The translations under genes and the position numbers were made by a program. DNA of 64,000 nucleotides, from NCBI GenBank assembly GCA_010405405.1, contig MU004236.1, positions 1,060,070 to 1,124,069 on the forward strand, written 5' to 3'. A model generated the notes under the pieces. The model was not told where the DNA came from. It was given only the letters and a program-made list of their open reading frames with translations, and ran no database searches. This stretch comes from Microthyrium microscopicum. Its lineage: Eukaryota. Below are positions 27,252 to 40,225 of this stretch, piece after piece (positions within the stretch are counted from its first letter, which is position 1; each line of letters begins with the position of its first letter).

Positions 27252-29133
27252 ATGGCCTCAATTGCTCCAAGACGGGGCCCTGCAGTTCTTGTATGACACA
27301 AACCTTTCTCACAATTAGTACGATGATTGTTAATGAGCAATTCAGGTGACAGATTCCCGCGAAGCAGCGCGTAAGCAACAACGACCCATCGTATCAAGAA
27401 TTGGAACTGGGGCGCTGCGTGGAAACAACAACACTATTAGCGTGGATGGAATTCTTCAATACACGAGTGACATTCCATCGGCTCTGAAGCGAGGACCTCC
27501 AGACTCTCGACCATCTCATCACTCTCGCACTCCTAGTGGACGACACCCCTTAGACCCTAAACTTACGGGTAGACTTGTTCCTCAACATATACCATCCCGT
27601 ACCTCAAAGGTCTCTGAAAAGCTAGTCATTCTTCCCGAGACAGATCAAGTGGACGATGAAAGCTTTGCTCAAGCAGAGGATTTTGGACCACCTCGCGATG
27701 ATGAAATTATCGCCGGCAAACGACTGAAAGGAAGATCCTACGCAGAAAGTTTGCCTAAAGCACGCAGAGCTGAAAAGCTTCCTCGAGTGACAGCGTACGG
27801 AACCGCTCAAGCCTATAAGCTGCGACCTACTGCAGAATTTCTGAAGACAAAACATGGAGCTCGCACAAAACTATACGATGATTGTTTATATGTTGTCTAC
27901 CAGCTTCCACTTCTTCCAGGTCTAGATGGATATCGTGTTCGGAGTAGTCCGATCATGAAGTCGCCTGGCGGAAAGTCTCTCTTAGACGAAGAAATCGAAC
28001 GCATAGAGCGAAGAGAACGCCACGTGGATTACTACGAAGAGGCGCATCACTTTGAAGATAGCACCCAAAACAATCAAGAATCAAGCCATAGCCCACGCCA
28101 GGATCGGTCCCCAGATCGTGAAAGGGTTACTTCTCCTTCTATAGACCAAACTATTGCAGAAGTTTTTGTCTTTAGTTATGGAGTCGCCGTGTTCTGGAAC
28201 TTGAGCGAACGACAAGAAAAAGATATCCTAGCGGACTTGACATTCTCAAGCAGCGAGCCAGGAGTCTCGTTGGCCACTCGCCCACTATCAGAAACCGATT
28301 TTGAGACGGAAGAGTTCCATTTTGAATACAATTCTAACATTTCGCGACCGAGAGTTATGGCGGACATGTTCACGCTAAGATCTCATGACCACATGATCAA
28401 GCTTGCAATATCTCATGCAATTGCTCAAAGTACCAAATTGTCTCATTTCGAAGAACGAATGGAACGCACAATGCTGGAAGCTCAACACGCGCCACGGACA
28501 TTGGCATTGACAGGTCGATTAGGCATGAAGCGAGAAGACGTCGTCAAAATCCTAGGTCGTCTCTTTACCAGTAGAGTCAATGTCAACCTTTGTAAGCAGA
28601 CGAATCTGTGACAAAATCTGAGCTTGACTGATCTTTACTATAGCATCGAACATTCTTGACGTGCCAAACTTTTTCTGGGAAGATGAACCAACTCTTTATC
28701 CATTGTACTTGGCCGTACGCGAATATTTGGAAATTAAGCCCCGGATTCAAGTCTTGAATGAGCGATGTCGAGTCTTCTTAGATCTCGCCGAAATTCTCAG
28801 CGATGCAATTGCTGACAAGAAAATGACCCGTCAGTTGTCAGCACATAGTCTTTTCCAAGCAAGGCTAACTTGTTCTTAGATATCACTTGGATCATTATCG
28901 TGCTCATTGTCATTTCGATATTTGTCACTTGTTCCGAGGTTTTTATTCGTTTTGGACTTCTACAAAGCTCGCATGGAAAACTCGTAGGCCCCGGACCAGA
29001 TGTTTTAAACGCTCTCAACACAACCATGCACGCACCATCCGCTGGCTTCACTCTTCCATCAAATACACGAAGCATAGCACGCGTTGGGTTAGTTTCATCC
29101 TGGGTACTTCTCGGGACCTCTATGTTAGCCTAG
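27252..29133 (+). CDS. RMD1/RMD8-family (DUF155) sporulation/meiotic nuclear division protein
   Basis: ATG 27252 (MASIAPRRGPAVL|VTD); RVTAYGTAQAYKL, EVFVFSYGVAVFWN, KLAISHAIAQSTKLS, PNFFWEDEP.LYPLY, YLEIKPRIQVLNERC; C-terminal TM ITWIIIVLIVISI; three introns. Confidence 0.9.
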
Positions 29134-29225
29134 GGAGTATGTCATCATTAATAGTCACTTTTGCTAGCGAGGTGTTCTGGACTCAAGGAAATACATAATT
29201 TGATTTTGACACATCAGATGCACAT

Positions 29226-31147
29226 CTATGGCCAAGAAGCACCTTTGTGATTATCCGCCTCTTCTTGCGATTTGGGATATGGTCGGGCTCCTGTGCTCTC
29301 TGCCATGTTCTTGTTGTCAGTATCAGGGGCATACATAGCATCCTTTGCTGGTCCTTGAACTTTGCATAATCGGCCTTCGGAAAGCTTGAAGTCGTCTGCT
29401 CCGATACCAGGTGTGACCCAGAAGAGGCCGTTGGGATCAACTGCCTTCTTGATCGAGTACAGTCGGGGGTAGTTGGTGCCCCAGAAGGTTTGCTTCCAAT
29501 CAGGATTGTGAGCAAAGGCCTGTGGAAATGTTAGCTTTGGATGTTGACGACTGCAGATGTTCCACGTACCTCATTCACATAGCTGCCCATATCGGGAGCC
29601 AGCGTTCTCAATGGTGTAGCATTAGGCTGCTCAACGCCAGTGCCAATGATGTGCACATATGTCTTTCGCCAGGCTGGGTTCACACTGTTGAAATCGGCTG
29701 GCGTCTTCATGACCTTGCCACCACCAATCAAATGGCCTCTCCACATACCGTTCTTGCCCTTGGGGAAACCTTCCTTGAGCGCGGCAGCGAGCTTAGGTGA
29801 CTCTAAATGGGCTCTACCGAGCAGGCGGCTGTCCATATGCGAGATACCGCGAGGATATGCGCCTTCAAGTGGAAGTGGCTGCGCTGGATCTTGCGCAGGT
29901 GCAGCACCGAACAGAGAATCAAACCAGACTTTGAAGTTCTTGACTTCAGAATACTGATGGATCGCTTGCTTGACGCCAGCAGTCTTAGGTAAGCCAGCTA
30001 GAATGGGAGCAAAGGCTTTCTCGGCCGCAGCTTGCGTGGAATCTGGATTGATGAAACGTGCTTGGAAGCCATTTCCGTAGACGTAGAAGTAGCATGACCA
30101 GCCTGCGTCGCTGAGATCAGGCATCTTCGAGTGCATGTATGCGGCTTGGGGGAAGATGGCATCGGTGTTATTGTGATCCTCGAGCTCAATCCAGATCTTC
30201 GTTTGTCTATAAGTTGTAAGTTTTAGCTCTCAAGAACCCCATTCAACCTGTACTCACGTAATCTTGGGTGTAGGGAAAGCTCGCATTGTTGCTTCTACAA
30301 CAACTCCGAATGTACCTCCTCCACCACCTCGAAGGGCCCAGAACAAGTCTTTGTTGCTCAAGTCATTAGCGATCTTGAGCTCTCCATCAGCAGTTACGAC
30401 CTTGTATTCCAAGATATTGTCTGCGGCAAGACCCCATTTGTTTGAAAAGGCGGCATGGCCTGCGGTTTGAGCGTATCCACCAGCTGTCTTAACAGTGCCT
30501 AATATTCCGTCAGTCTAGTTAGTTCAATCATGGAAGCGTGTTCTCATACTAGCGGTTGCGCCAAGTGTATAGAGTCCAGACTTGTCCAACGCATCAGTAA
30601 GCTCCTGTCCGCTAACGCCAACACCAAATGTAATTGCCGTCTCTTTTCCAGCCTCGACCTTTACTACATTGACTTTTCCAACAGGATCGGTGTTATAGTC
30701 GACTGCTTCAGTTCCGTTCACTGAGGGAGTGAAATGCGCATGAACTCTCGAACCTTTGAAGTTGCCAGTGGATAGCCAAAGACCGCTAGTAGCATCATTT
30801 CTGAGCCTCGTCGTCAGCCTTACTCGATCAACGTCACTACTTCAAACATACCGTCCAAGAAAGTCGTGGCCACTGCTAATGAGTGTGAGGCGCACATTAT
30901 GCTTTGCGGAAAACTTGACTGCAGCTTGAACATCCTTGACAGTCTTTGCTACCATCAAGTAGTCAGGATGTGTTTCTCCACCTCCGTCTTGTTGCTGCTC
31001 GACGCCTGGGAGCTCAGCCTTCCAGACAGCCTCGGCCGGCCATTCTTTATCTCCGTGCTTGACGGTACACCCCGAAGCACCAGTCGGCTGAGCAGATATA
31101 CTCTGCGCCAGCAAAAGCACCAATCCAGAAATCACAGAAGCTCGCAT
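29226..31147 (-). CDS. Secreted FAD-dependent oxidoreductase with BBE C-terminal domain
   Basis: Signal peptide; [70 protein letters not shown]; four introns; TAG at 29226. Confidence 0.9.
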
Positions 31148-31861
31148 AATGTCAGTAACGAGTGAACAAGATCGATCTGCAGAGTTAGTGGCATGCGGGA
31201 CGCATTGGTGTAGTTAAATCATTTGGGCCAATCCTGGATTTTACCCCATACAATTGATAGATTGATTATACGCTTAAGAACAGCAGGGCACTTAGTATTA
31301 GATCCTTCTTCGAAGCATCATTGATTTTATTGATTGCGCGTTGGCTGTCAGGTACCCGGCTTTGTCGCACTTTGATTTATACGGCGGCAATCAGAACCGC
31401 TACAAGATAGAGGAGATACGATGTCCAGTATCAGGGGCATTACCTGGTAAAGACGTAAAACGAGATATTAGATGTACTCCAGAGGTGGGGATCCAAGAGA
31501 ACTACTCTCCTGGCCCTGAATAATCGCCATCTAATTAACTTTTGCGTCCCTGCGTGACAGTCACGGGCCATTTTCTATATTGTGCCGTCAGACTTATACC
31601 AAATTGTAAGGTCGATTCGCTGGCGATACGAATGACCTTGTTGACGAATACTCGTGATATCTTGTTTAATAGTTCGGATAAACAATCAATACAAATGACA
31701 TGAACGACATAGTCCGCCATTCTATTATGTAGCTTCATCAGCAGGCAAGCATGTATGTACAGACTCTCAAGTATAGCGATCAGACTTTGACGCCACAATA
31801 CCAATCAATGCAACTTGCACGTGAATTACAATTCCTCCCTACCTCTCCCATCATGAGCTGT

Positions 31862-33355
31862 TCATCGTATTCTGTTGGCAAACCGCATCTCCGCAGCACC
31901 AATATCAAACACAGCCACCACATTCTTCAAGAACACTCCACCCAGAATCGACGGCTGCAACGCTGACCGCGACGCCTGGATACCTGACATGCACGTATTG
32001 CCAGCACCAGTCCGCAACTTCAAGTCCTCGCCATCAAACCACACCATCTGTCCACCCAGCTTCATCGCCACCTTCGGCGCTTTCGCATTACAATTCACGA
32101 TAAACTGCCGCATCAATAAGTCCTGCGAAGCCGGTGGATCAAACGCCGCATTGATCGCATTAGCCACAGCAGGCGGTAAGTACGACAGCGTAGTTCCCGT
32201 GTCCAGTACCACCTTAACCTTGGTTGAATTGACTGCCGGCGCCGAGACACCTGCCGGTGATGTGATGCTCCAGCCTTCCGTCTCGACGACGTATAGCTGA
32301 TAGTCTGCTGGCGTTTTCGCACCGGGTAGGGCCATCATGAGATGCTGCATCGGCGCTTTTGCCCATTTGTCTTCAAATTTGATACTGCCACCCGGTAGTC
32401 CGCCGAGGGCAACGGCGCCGGGTCCTTCGCTGGCGCGGTTTAGTGCGATGCTGAAGTATGGTGATATGAGCTTCTTCTTCCACATGCTCGTGAAGATGGG
32501 ATCGTATGGCACGTTTCCGCCTCGCTTGTCACCTTTTGCATCAGCGCCTGGGTAGGCGCGCGTGACGGATGGAAATGCCAGGCCAGTGAGACCCGAAGAT
32601 ATGGTGTCGCCGTTCCACGCGGCGTAATTGATGAGGCCGAACTCCTGGTTTGGCACGGTAATGCCGCCGAACGTGACATCTTCACGACCCATCTCGCCAT
32701 TGAGGAACTCACCGTCCGCATAAGAGATGTTGAAATGCTGATTGGCGACAGCCTTGAAGGTCTTTGTATTATTGTAGGTTCGCGAGAAGCGACAGGTTGC
32801 CGAGGCCACGGACTGGCGGGTAAGCATACTAATGCATTTGAAGCCGGTTTGCACAAGCCAGGTATCAGCGCTGCCAGTGTCGATTACAAGTTTGAACTCT
32901 TCCGGCCCGAATTTCATTGTGGTTAGGTAGACGGTGTCGCGAATGTTTTGGATGACCTCGGCGTTCTTTGCGGGCTCTTTTTCATCTTTGTATATTCGGT
33001 CATCTTCAATTAATTGGAGGTATTTCTGGCTGAGTGGTGTGCCAGATACTGGTTCGAGTTGTAGGACATTGTCGGTCACTACAAAGACTTAGCATTCTGT
33101 ACTCAAACGTAAATTCCCGATCGTACCGATGTCTGGAGTTGCTGGTGCAAATGCTACTGCTTGCTTGAAGGCTATTCTGACACCTCGCTTCTCTAAACTT
33201 CTCCTCCTTATCCTCGAAATACCTAGATCAGCCAAGCCTCTTTCTTCATGGCTGCTCAAATCTTTGCTATGGATATCTGAGGAAGACTGTTGTTGCCGAG
33301 TGGGAGATCCATAAATGGCGGATATGAGTGAAAGCACAATTATACAGTAGACCAT
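31862..33355 (-). CDS. Secreted pepsin-like aspartic protease (family A1)
   Basis: Two catalytic motifs IDTGSADTW and LDTGTT; ISYADG flap; ILGGVFLKNVVAVFD; signal peptide and prosegment; one intron near 33079-33126. Confidence 0.93.
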
Positions 33356-34089
33356 GATGGCGAAAACGACTGACACAACAAGACACCAAGAATGAAAATG
33401 GACAGAAGTGGCCTAGAAGAATATAGAAAAGTATGTCCCCGCCCTAACTTCCGAATATAGGTACAAGATACATTCACATGGGGACTACATATAAAGAGGT
33501 TCATTCCCCAGACTTAGCCGACAGGAGAATAAACAGGTCGGACATGCTTAGTGCCATGGCAGCGGCACTGTAAATCCACGGACCGCCCGGACTCGTGGGT
33601 GGAATAAGCTTGACCCAAAGCCGTCTGGCAAGTATAAGAATACTATGTTGAGAGTGTTTGTAGCAGGCGCTTAGATCACACGTTCCGCTGTCCAGTGCTA
33701 TGGGCTGCATCAAAAAGGCAGCATATTTGGTAATGCGCGTGAATGCGACACCGAAATCGAGATACTTCCTGGCTCATAACAGACTAGACGTTACGGTTAG
33801 CCAAGTTAACTCGGTATTGAGTACGAATGTGGATGGCAGGATGCACTTACAATATAAATGTTCCGAGACCGTGGTTGACCCCATTGGTGGTTTGATATAA
33901 AGCGGCCCAAGGGTTTAATACGCCCAGTATCATAAGAGATAGGCCATATAGTGATCCTAAGTCTTATCATTTCTGGAAACGTAAATACTATTTTGAGCAA
34001 GAGTAGGATAGAAGTCCTTGAGAGTCGGTCGCATAGATATAGTTATTGCCCATGGCGAGGTGCTGCCCTGAATTGACCCTCTCATGGGT

Positions 34090-34494
34090 TCAATTCTCGC
34101 CTTCCTTCTCCTTTAATGCCTTTAGACGTAGTAGGTTTCTTTTGCCCAAGATTCGTAGCGTGTTCTTTTTTTCGATTTCCGACATTGCATCCCAATTCGA
34201 GATCCGGCTTAACGTTCCATCTTGGTTAACCACGACAGGGCCTAGATGATCAAGACTGACCGTGCTGCCGTCTCCGGAAACATCAATAGACTGCGGGCCT
34301 TCTCCTGGAGCTGGTAATGATAGTTTGATATCAGCTGCCTGCTGAGAAGCCAAACTTGGTGGACTGTTCGACGAGCTCCGAGATTCTGATGCTGTGGTGG
34401 TGGATTGAGTAGCCATATTTCGATATAGATGCCTAAGATTCTTCGAAGTAACACCTCTGAACGCGTTTCTGCCCAGGATTCGTCTCAATAGCAT
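34090..34494 (-). CDS. Small conserved fungal protein of unknown function with putative mitochondrial presequence
   Basis: Conserved core LDHLGPVVVNQDGTLSRISNW..MSEIEKKNTLRILGKRN; N-terminal MLLRRILGRNAFRGVTSKNLRHLYRN|MAT is Arg-rich and acid-free. Confidence 0.8.
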   Translation of the reverse strand: MLLRRILGRNAFRGVTSKNLRHLYRNMATQSTTTASESRSSSNSPPSLASQQAADIKLSLPAPGEGPQSIDVSGDGSTVSLDHLGPVVVNQDGTLSRISNWDAMSEIEKKNTLRILGKRNLLRLKALKEKEGEN

Positions 34495-34971
34495 ATCCAC
34501 TTGAGCAACTGCCAATGCGTCCCAGATAGCGATGGATAGACGGGGACAAAATGCTTTCACGCAGTTGTTTTGAGACGCGGGTTAGGAGTAAGCTATTAGT
34601 AAGCAACTTGAGCTATCAATGTATGGCTAAGCACTCATCAGCTCGCCCTGAGTGCACCGTCTGATCAAATGGATAAGTTGAGCTATGTGATTTTTTGCAT
34701 GATTACAGTGCCAAGATCAGTAACTGGATTGGGGTACGGCAAGAGTAAATGTAACGTGGGAGGGTTGTCAAACTTGTCACATCGCACAGTTTCGAAACAA
34801 GAAGAATGCAGATTCGACTTCAGTCTCTCAAGCAGTAATTATAGATAAATATCAAGTAATTAGGAGCCTGTATATCTTCTAAGTATACAAGACCATATAC
34901 AGTCAGGCACAAAGGATGAATAGCTATGCTAGACGAGTTAATTTATGAAGAATGATGCCTCCGCAAGGCTA

Positions 34972-37510
34972 TCAACCAGCGAATGTTTGACTGGTGAACC
35001 AACTCAAATCTAGTGAGTTTGAGTCCAAGAGTTCATCAAAGTCAAAAGACCATTGTCCAGGCAGATCAGGCTCTAAGTTGGTATTTGACCTTCCAACTAG
35101 AGGCTGGACAGGCGTAAAAGCAATGTTCGCACTGTTGTCTCCGTGGGTATCCGGCATGCTTGAAGTAGAACCTGTGGCTACGTGGTGAGATTTCCAAATC
35201 AACTGTACACGATGAGAGGAAATGACTAACTGTCTTTTGCCGCAATATGCTTGGCAATCGTTCTTCGAAACAGTTTTAGCGCGTCTATGCCTTTTCCAGC
35301 CGAAGGAATATGGTTGCTATGAAATTTGAAGATCTCGATAGCTCGATTCCATGAGGCTTTCCCAGAATCATCGTCCATTTGGAACTTGAGATCAGGACAT
35401 AACGTTGCTGCGATTAGAGCCGAAGCAGCAGCAAATGTAACTACGAATACCCACTTAGTAAATTTTCAACAGCCACAGAAACTTCCAACTTTTCGTGCAT
35501 AACTTATGAGAGGCTCGTGGAAGACTTACAGAGCAGAGCGTGCCATGCTAACGTTCTTTGTTTACCAGACAAAGCCAGATGAAGCTCAACAAGCACGTCT
35601 TGCGCTGCTGTGATGCAAAGTTCACAGATGCGCAAGTGCAATGAGTTTTGTACTTGCATCGTAGCAGTTTGTCCGGTATCTGCTTGCAGTGGTTCGATCG
35701 GGCTGCGTTTAGCAACTTGCTGTAGAAGAATTGGACGAAGTAGCTGGAGCCGCAAATACATAACTCTGACCGATGTGAGGAAAAGTTAACACCGTGCCGC
35801 AGATATTCATACCTTGCTTTCAATACATGAGCCTGCAGCTCAAAGCAGCTTGAGAGATCGCAATAATTGGAATGAGCATCTGCTTTCAAATGGAGTGGTA
35901 GTCTTTCAAGAAATCCATCCATCTCAGCACTTATATCTAGAATCGTGCCTAACTCTAGATTAGAACAATCTCGCACATTAACTGGACGAGAGCGGTCTCT
36001 AGGCGACATGGATTTGTCGGCAATAGCGGACAGGGTGAGTGATTGAATCATGAACGTAATTTTAGACTGAGTACCTGGTGGTTTCTGTCCCTGCGTAGTC
36101 GTGGAAAGGTACTCATCGTCTATCTCTGCTGGTAATGGCACGGTACTTGTTTCAGAGATTCTAAGTCGTCGCCCAAACGCATTGGAGACGAGCCTAGATA
36201 ACAGTCAGTACTTTGTAGTTTGCTTGTTTGGGTGATCTACCGATCCAATATTACACAGCCATACCACACCCTCCGACGCATTTCTCTTGTAAGTTGGTCA
36301 GAACTTCCCGACTGCAATCTCATCGTATCCAATCCCATCCCTTGGGCGGCTCCAATCGCCGCTCCGGTCGCAGTCCAACAGCGTTCTGCACATGGAGTGC
36401 GAAGAAGATATAAGGCCCGTAAGATAAGTAGCTGCACCACTGGTAGTGAGAATTGGTCGATGGTCTCCAAAGAGACTAGTTTTCGAGAGCGTAAATAAAA
36501 CTCACTTGCGCGCTTTTCTCTGTGCGCACAATCGTAGTGTTTATCATCTAAGCAGCCGACGGACATGGCCATGTTTAGTATTGCATTGAACATTACGTTT
36601 GGAATAGTTTGAGCTGGTTGTGAATAGGCAACATCACTTGTCCATAGGTTTATGTACTGGGCATCGAATGTGGGCCGGTGCAAGATGGGAGCAAGTGGAT
36701 GCATCAGCTCCCAGTAATAATTTAAAAGATGGTCGACAAGCTTGCGAGGTGGCACGACCATATGCTTGCTATCATCGCCAGAGTATCTTCTTGTTGAAAC
36801 AGGTGTATCGATTGCGAGATGACTGGATCTCCTATGGCTTGTATGGGATTTCTCTGCCGAGCCAAGGCCCTCATATCCATCTGAGGCGAAGGCAGCAGAA
36901 GTGACATCACGTACGAACAAGTTGTTTGAGGACAGGTCATAAATGGGGCCGACATTGTCAGAGTTAAGGATCCGCTCGAGAGTGGGTGGTGGATGTTCAT
37001 GGGGGCGAAGGTTTTCAGGACTTTGCAAACTAAGCATGGTAGTTTCTAACTATAGTCAGTGTACTTGCAGTTCTCAATACAATAGAAATGATGCAGATCG
37101 TGGTGAAGGTTTTACCAGATCGTTCTACACCTCCAAGAGTTGTATTTGGTTGACCCAGGAATTCAGATTGTGTGCCGAGTCCACTTTCGAGCCTTTGGAC
37201 GCGCTTCTCGAGCTCCAAAAGAGATCTATATATTCGGGAGGAACATTGTTACTCTTATGTACGCAAGCTTCTCTCACAGTGGCCACAAGAGCCATGATGG
37301 TGCTCAGACGACGTACACTGCGGGTGACTTTGAGATCTTGTCTGGATATTCACAAGTTCTTTCCCAGCCTCTTGCTACACACGATGTACAGTGAGGGCGG
37401 CGCCCATCGCAGCCAGTTTTGCGAGCTCTACACGCATGGCAAGCCAATTGGGTCTTCCGTCGCTTGTTCGGACCAGAGTCTTCCGCGTTTTCTGCGTGAT
37501 TCAGCGGCAT
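34972..37510 (-). CDS. Zn(II)2Cys6 fungal transcription factor with middle-homology (Fungal_trans) domain
   Basis: ACHACRARKTGCDGRRPHCTSC...C; LEKRVQRLE coiled coil; PILHRPTF; AQGMGL...EMRRRVWYGCVILDR; multiple introns. Confidence 0.9.
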
Positions 37511-37865
37511 TTGTAGCAGAAACCAATTATCTAAATTGGATTGATGTCAGTCAATGAAGACATTAGACTTGATTTCGCAGCGAACGTGTTGTTGAGTGTT
37601 GGTTGTCCGTAAGTAGGTCCCCGAGTGTGATCCTGGTTCCGAAACCCCCGACGCTAAGAAGGAAAGCGCTAGTGAGGCCAACTTCATCAAAGGCCCCGAC
37701 CAGCTTTTGACTTCGTGGACACTGGACTACGAGTTCGGATCCTTCCCACGACATCTTGTTCATGCTTTCATTTTCTAGTAAATGTCATTTGAGATGTACG
37801 CGTTTGCAATCCCATCGGAATCTTCGGACCTGACTGCGAGATGGCTGTTCGCATGGCTAAGAGGC

Positions 37866-37874
37866 TATAAAAAA
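37866..37874 (+). promoter_or_regulatory. TATA box of the alpha/beta hydrolase gene
   Basis: TATAAAAAA ~140 nt upstream of ATG 38008. Confidence 0.5.
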
Positions 37875-38007
37875 GGCCACGCCTTCGTAGAACCATATGC
37901 ACTCAATACCTCAATCCATCAGATTTATTTGATAGCATTGAGTTTCCAAATCTCTTTTTGGCTACGATTTTATTCTCCATCCATATAACACAAGTTATCT
38001 ACGAAAC

Positions 38008-39103
38008 ATGGCATTTCCACTGCCTCGTGCACATCCTGTTCTTCCCCGATTTGAGCGGGTCGATCTATGCTATAAGACTCTAGGCAGCACGGAGTTTGAA
38101 GCGGCTATTCTCGTTTCCCACTCTTTAGCAAGCTCCAGCAGGAAGACGAATAGGCCTTTGCTGGTTCATTTCCATGGTGGTGGGCTCCTCATGGGTACTA
38201 TTCTAGACTCCGCAATTTTATCAGTCTGGCAAGTTCATGATTTACACTTTAAGCTCCTATGGACGCAAATGTTAAAGATATCAGGCCACTCGAGCTAGCC
38301 GAAAACGAGAATGCAGTTGTCGTTTCGCCAGCATATCGACTTCTTCCTGAAGCGAAAGGAGGAGATATTCTCGACGATATCAAGGATTTTTGGATCTGGG
38401 TTCGCAGCTCCCTGCCCACTGAAATAGCCAAGAGATGGCCACACATCTCACTAGACGTGGATCGAGCCGCAGTGTTTGGAGAAAGTGCCGGTGGTTACTT
38501 GTCTCTCCAATCTGCCTTCCTTTGCCCTGAGGCGAACATCAAATTAGTCATGCCGCAGTATGGTGCAATGTTTCCGGATATCGACGAATATCTTCCAAAA
38601 GTTCCGCAGTCAACTCCCGGCTCTGATGATATCGTTGATGCGTACCTCAAAAATATCGAACCAGGAGCAATCCGGTTGCTGTCGCCCTATCCAACCTTCG
38701 GTCCTTTCGCAGGTGCTGTTGCTGGTGCAGGAAGGCACCGCGATTTACTGGGAGACGACAAGCGTTTGAACCTTGACTATGGCTTGAATAACGTGAAAGT
38801 ACTCCCACCAGTCTGGGTGGCCCAAGGCACTGATGACACCATTGTAAGTATAAGACAAGATATCTTTCTCGAGTTGCATTATTAGATTCTCTTGATATGG
38901 GCTAACATCATACCCTTTTCTTCGCCGTTAAGGTTTCCAAAGAGGCATCAGACGAGCTAGTCAAACGGATCCGGAATACCCACCCCAACACACCATTGCT
39001 CTACAGCGTTCAGCCGGGTGGGCATGGGTTTGACAATGATCATACTTTGGCAGAGCCTTGGATCACAGAAGCAATGGAGTTTGTTCAAAAACACTGGCCG
39101 TAA
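38008..39103 (+). CDS. Alpha/beta hydrolase (HSL-like carboxylesterase family)
   Basis: HFHGGG oxyanion motif, AYRLLPE, GESAGG nucleophile, QGTDD acid, PGGHGFD His. Intron 1 is GC-AG (38229-38284); intron 2 ~38844-38932. Confidence 0.9.
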
Positions 39104-40225
39104 AGGAAGGTAATGGGTGAGCAAGATCAATTGTAGTTAGAGGTGTCTCATATGCCATAGGGTGCGACGGCAGGTACAGGAAATGCTACCTAGGTATCTA
39201 GACTATGTCAGCATTATGTTTTCGAGCCAGTATCTAGTACATACTCAATGAGATTCACTATGTTAATGACACATTGTGTTTTTTAGCCGTGAAAGGTAGT
39301 AATGTTTAGGGATGTTATAATTGGCCCCTTTATTCCAGATATTTGGCCCTTAGATTCCAGATATTTGGCCCCCATAGTATCTAAAGCTAAGATCTTAGGG
39401 CACGAAGCCCTAACTCTAACTTAAATAAGCTTAGCAGCAGCTATATTTAGTTTAGTCTTAATATAATTATAGTAAGGTTAATTACTAGCGTTAAGACCTA
39501 CGTAATAATTCCTTAAGTCTTAACTTTAAGTCTAACTTTACGTTATTATAATAAATTCCTCTATATTATAATAATACTATAATATTATAACTATATATAA
39601 TACTATCTTTAATTCTAGACCCTTCTAATAGTTTATAGCTATTCTCTAAAGTAGTAATTAAAGTAATTAAAAAATATAGTAATTTATATAGTTATACTAT
39701 TAATACTTATTAATTAAAGCCTAATAGCACTATACTAGATATTTTAGCTAAAAAATATACTTATTATCTTAAATATAATCTATTTTATAAGTCTAAGAAT
39801 ATATTAACTAGACTTTAAAATAATATAGGATTAAAATAGTAGAATTACTCTTAAAAGATTATTATATAGAAAGATAATATAATAGAATAATAGGCTCTTA
39901 AATACTATAAGTTTAAATATAACTATAATCTCTCTTAAGGTCTTTCTATATACGTATTAAATTATTATAATAATTTAAAGAAAAATAATAATATTAATAA
40001 ACTTCTTAACGCTTCTTATAATAGTATCTAAACTTAATACTTAATAAGTATTATTACTATAGAGCAACTAACTATATTTAATATTAAAGATATTACTAAT
40101 TTTCTTTAAAAAGAATACTATTTATAACTAAAAGAGTATACCCTAATTAAAGCTATAATAAATACTCTAGAAGAAGATAAAGATTAAATTTATAAAGTAC
40201 TTTTAAATAAAAATAGTATATTAAA

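Noticed and set aside
11955..39103. Secondary-metabolite gene cluster (FAD oxidases, MFS, PLP enzyme, hydrolase, TF)
   Set aside because: No PKS, NRPS, terpene synthase or DMATS backbone; the genes are interspersed with housekeeping genes over 27 kb.
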